Positions 63,780 to 64,000 of a stretch of DNA of 64,000 bases are shown here, piece by piece. Below the pieces are notes generated by a model. The model saw nothing but the letters and a program-made list of their open reading frames with translations, was not told the DNA's origin and made no database searches. Origin of the DNA: Flavobacterium sp. Its GTDB lineage: Bacteria > Bacteroidota > Bacteroidia > Chitinophagales > Chitinophagaceae. The position numbers were made by a program, and so were the translations under genes. Numbering within the stretch: the first letter of the stretch is position 1; each line of letters opens with the position of its first letter. The stretch is from NCBI GenBank assembly GCA_030053925.1, contig JASGCX010000003.1, forward strand, positions 5,133 to 69,132, written 5' to 3'.

Positions 63780-64000
63780 TTATGCTTTCCGCTGCAATTG
63801 TTTGCCCAACCACAAAAATTCTGTTATAAAAGTGTGTATTTGTTTTTCAAAAGATGCATCTATTAATTGATTAGCTGCATCGAACTTTTTATCAACGTGT
63901 GGCACTATTAATAAACTTGGGCTTGCAATACCAAATAATGCTGGCACTAGTAGCAATAAAGGTTGTGTACCACGTGCACCACCAAGGGCACCTGTAGAGG
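63780..64000 (-). CDS. C-terminal part of an unidentified protein (gene enters from the right edge)
   Basis: Own translation gives ...STGALGGARGTQPLLLLVPALFGIASPSLLIVPHVDKKFDAANQLIDASFEKQIHTFITEFLWLGKQLQRKA*. It is the only open frame at the window edge. The family was not recognised. Confidence 0.5.
   Translation of the reverse strand, partial: STGALGGARGTQPLLLLVPALFGIASPSLLIVPHVDKKFDAANQLIDASFEKQIHTFITEFLWLGKQLQRKA

Overview
Low-GC, Bacteroidota-like chromosomal segment. The taxon guess rests on gene content (GxxExxY, DUF4783, long PurF, Wzi-like outer-membrane protein) and TAnnTTTG-type promoter motifs. All calls come from reading the ORF track and the raw sequence by eye; no searches or statistics were run.

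Layout:
- 1-23.0 kb: one long minus-strand surface-polysaccharide (O-antigen/capsule) locus. It holds wza-wzc, a complete CDP-3,6-dideoxyhexose pathway (ddhD-like, rfbF, rfbG, RmlC-like, RmlD-like, rfbH), wzx, a Wzy-like polymerase, seven glycosyltransferases, and an acetyltransferase/GMC-oxidoreductase/aldo-keto-reductase/methyltransferase tail. The locus shows a segmental duplication, gene relics and a frameshift.
- 23.4-32.7 kb: a Wzi-like outer-membrane protein and a tetR-tolC-MFP-RND efflux operon. A small inverted-repeat-bounded GxxExxY nuclease-fold cassette sits inside the operon.
- 32.9-39.6 kb: housekeeping genes (DUF502, serC, DUF1015, TPR, asnS) and tRNA-Phe.
- 39.6-46.7 kb: an accessory-looking patch next to tRNA-Phe. 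It contains an acidic-repeat protein, a two-gene restriction-modification module (M-S fusion methyltransferase plus a PD-ExK protein), two unusually long ORF-free stretches, and a RAYT/IS200-like transposase relic.
- 46.7-64 kb: housekeeping genes (pbpC, beta-helix protein, MerR-like, thioredoxin-like, GrpB, RluA, heme-binding protein, gpmI, DUF4783, dnaB, desaturase, pheS, FKBP, purF).

Most interesting items:
- the GxxExxY mini-cassette splitting the efflux operon
- the R-M patch with its flanking non-coding DNA
- a glycosyltransferase gene bracketed by ~430-bp direct repeats
- a 63-bp tandem repeat inside the CDP-sugar operon
- a three-copy TIR-bounded (MITE-like) intergenic repeat family
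- an SSB-tip-like tail on DnaB
- a phased DnaA-box-like array upstream of dnaB

No CRISPR array, rRNA gene or intact transposase/integrase was seen. I cannot demonstrate a clearly new multi-gene system from sequence alone.
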